64,000 nucleotides of DNA from Vicugna vicugna (lineage: Eukaryota): assembly GCA_013265495.1 (NCBI GenBank), contig MU058009.1, positions 3,367,780-3,431,779 of the forward strand, read 5' to 3'. How positions within the stretch are numbered: the stretch's first letter is position 1; each line of letters opens with the position of its first letter. The position numbers were made by a program, and so were the translations under genes. Below are positions 61,601-64,000 of the stretch, piece by piece. Under the pieces are notes generated by a model. The model saw nothing but the letters and a program-made list of their open reading frames with translations. It was not told the DNA's origin and did no database searches.

Positions 61601-62424
61601 GGCTCCCGTGTGTGCCCGGTTGTCTGTCTTCCAGCTGCCTCCGCAATCCACTGCGCTGGGCGAGTCTGGCTGGTGCAGCCACGGATTTGCTCTGAATGTG
61701 GGGAATTCACAATTGCTGCTTGACAACAGTTCCATTTCCCATACAGACTCCCTCTGAGTGCGCCCGCACCCCTTCTTTTGTTAAAGCGCCACTCGTTGGA
61801 TTTCTCAGCCATATAAAGGTTTTCTGTGAGCTCTTGTACGCTGCCTTAATTGCTGCTGTTTATTATGATGGTATCTCAGTTGCCGTGGAGAACCAATACT
61901 GTGTTGGCAAAGGTACCCAAAGATGATGTCCCAGCATCGTTGTCAGGGAGGCGACAGTCCTGGGTTACAGAGTGGAGAGCAACGAGGAGCGGACGGTCGG
62001 GAAGGAAGGGACGGCCCCGCCGACCCGTGTGGCCGGTGTGTAACCGCAGGTCTGTGTGGAGGTGCTCAGTGCGGGCTCTGCTGGGAGGAGGTCTTCCCAG
62101 AGGCAAGCAGGGGGGCATCTCCCCGAGCCTCGGCCTGCACTCGTAGGACTGACTTAAGTAGAAGACGCTGTCCTTCCTTTACCAAAAGGACACACCCAAG
62201 CCACTCAGTGTTGTCTCCCGAAGTAATGATGGCATTGCCAGCACCCAGCCACAAACCCTCTCACCCAGTCCCCACTGTGCTTAGTGGCCCAGGACTGAGT
62301 GAAAGAAGAATGTTCCCCCACTGGTCCGCCTCACATTCTGAGTGACCCTCCGTGGAAGGGCTCTGCTGGGAGTGGGCCAGCCGGGCCGTCACCGGCCAGC
62401 CTGCGCCAGGGGCTTACTGGGAGG

Positions 62425-63022
62425 TTTTTTAAATTGAGGTATAGTTGATTTACAGTGTTGTGCTAGTAGTTTCTCTGCATAGCATAGTGATTCAGTTATA
62501 CATACATACATACATACATATATATATATATTCTTTTCCATTGTAGGCTCTGACAAGATATTGAATATAGCTCCCTGAGCTGTACAGTAAGACCTTGCTG
62601 TTTATCTATTCTATATATAGTAGTTTTATATCTGCTAATCCCAAACTCCTAGTTTATCCCTTCCCACCCTCTTTCCCCTTTGGTAGCCATAAGTCTGTTT
62701 TCTATGTCTGTGAGTCTGTTTTGTAGGTAAGTCCATTTGTGTCATTTTTTTTTTAGATTCCACACAGAAGTGATATCATATGTATTTTTCTCTTTCTGGC
62801 TTACTTCACTTAGTGTGATCATCTCCAGACCCATCCATGTTGCTGCAAATGGCATTATTTTACTCTTTTTTATGGCTGAGTAGTATTCCATTGTATAAAT
62901 ATACCACAGCTTCTTTATCCAGTCATCTGTCGATGGACATTCAGATGCTTCCATGTCTTGGCTGTTGTAAATAGTGCTGCTGTGAACAACAGAATGTGTG
63001 TGTCTTTTAGAGTTAGAGTTTT
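62425..63022 (-). mobile_element. 5'-truncated L1 (ORF2 end + 3'UTR)
   Basis: Translation [51 protein letters not shown]; 3'UTR includes (TACA)n(TA)n; no clear TSD. Confidence 0.95.
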
Positions 63023-64000
63023 TAACTCTATGCCAGGCCTGTGCTAGGCACTCCCTACCCTGATGCCATCCTTGGTGACCGGGGATGAGGAGCTGCTGGT
63101 AGTAGCTGCAAAGAATGTGATCTGGTCCCATCTCCAAGGCGCTCAGGCAGGTGGGCAGGTGAGGGGGGAGGGGACAGATACACAAAATGACTGCCAGTAG
63201 CATCACACAGCAGGTGAGCCTTTGAACTGCTCCCGCCTCTGCTCTCCAGCACGGTATCACTACCCATCAGTGCACGTCAAGGTTCTCAGGGGCAGGTCCA
63301 AGATGTCCCTGCGTCCGCTGATCTCAGAGCCTTGTGCGTGTTAGGAGGAAGGACCAAGACCGTCAGCCCTTCGAGGAAGCAGTCTCTCCACTTGCTCTTT
63401 GTTGCAGAGAAAGCATCCTGGTTCTTCCCTTGGCACCTTAGGCTTATTGGTGGGAAAAACACTCACCGGGATGAAGACGTTGACTGAGAGGTGCGGATGG
63501 GAGGAGAGCAGGGGGCAGCCCCAGCAGGGAGGCAGCAGCTCGAGGGCAGTGGGCTTGGGGGGGCCAGGGTGGGATCTGCTCCGGGGGGAAGTGGAGGCAG
63601 AGGGCCGTCTGTGTGCGGAGTGGCTGGGAGCCAGGCCGGCACGGGGAATCTTCAAGGGGATAAATACTAAGAGACTTCCATCCCTTTGGGGATGCGTGCC
63701 AGGGAAAGAGGCCAAGATTCCGGGGAACACAGCCAGGACAGGGTTATTATAATCCCTAGGAGGATCCATTTGCCAGCAACGAGAGCAAAAGCAAGCCACA
63801 CCCTGAAATGGAGCCTGGCTGTTTCAGAGCAATTAGCCAGCGGTGCCTGCTGCTGTCTTTGGAGGAGCTCCAGAAGCCAGCAGGGCGGGCCAGGGGCAGG
63901 ATGCTGCGGCCTGCTTCCGGGAGATGACTCCATCCTGGTACCTCTGCACACCTGGCAGCTCAGGGGGAACGCAGCGCAGGGGCCCCTGTGCCCAGGCATC

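Noticed and set aside
1..64000. CRISPR array, operon or other prokaryotic/viral system
   Set aside because: No repeat-spacer array or dense coding; the repeat content shows mammalian nuclear DNA.

Overview
Mammalian genomic DNA, GC-rich and apparently non-coding. Two tRNA-Ala-derived SINEs resemble the camelid Vic-1 family, and no Alu, PRE-1 or Bov-type SINE is seen, so a camelid is likely (inference). I recognise no host protein-coding exon, functional RNA gene, CRISPR array or prokaryote-like system. The long ORFs are chance ORFs of GC-rich DNA, a microsatellite, or L1 ORF2 remnants. The window contains seven 5'-truncated young L1 3' ends (several with visible TSDs), ERV/MaLR LTRs including a triple nest (MLT1 > MLT2 > ERV1-like LTR), ancient MIR/L2/L1M/MER fragments and a 500-bp (GAT/GGT)n repeat with higher-order structure. 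Many short AT-rich, repeat-free blocks dense in homeodomain/POU/T-box/forkhead-type motifs suggest a long intron or gene desert of a developmental regulator, but the locus cannot be named from sequence alone. Best leads: candidate recursive splice sites on the + strand (30156, 7710), strongly AT-to-GC-shifted old repeats suggesting GC-biased gene conversion, and several enhancer-like motif clusters. None amounts to a demonstrated novel system. Repeat family names come from remembered consensus sequences, and boundaries of old repeats are approximate.
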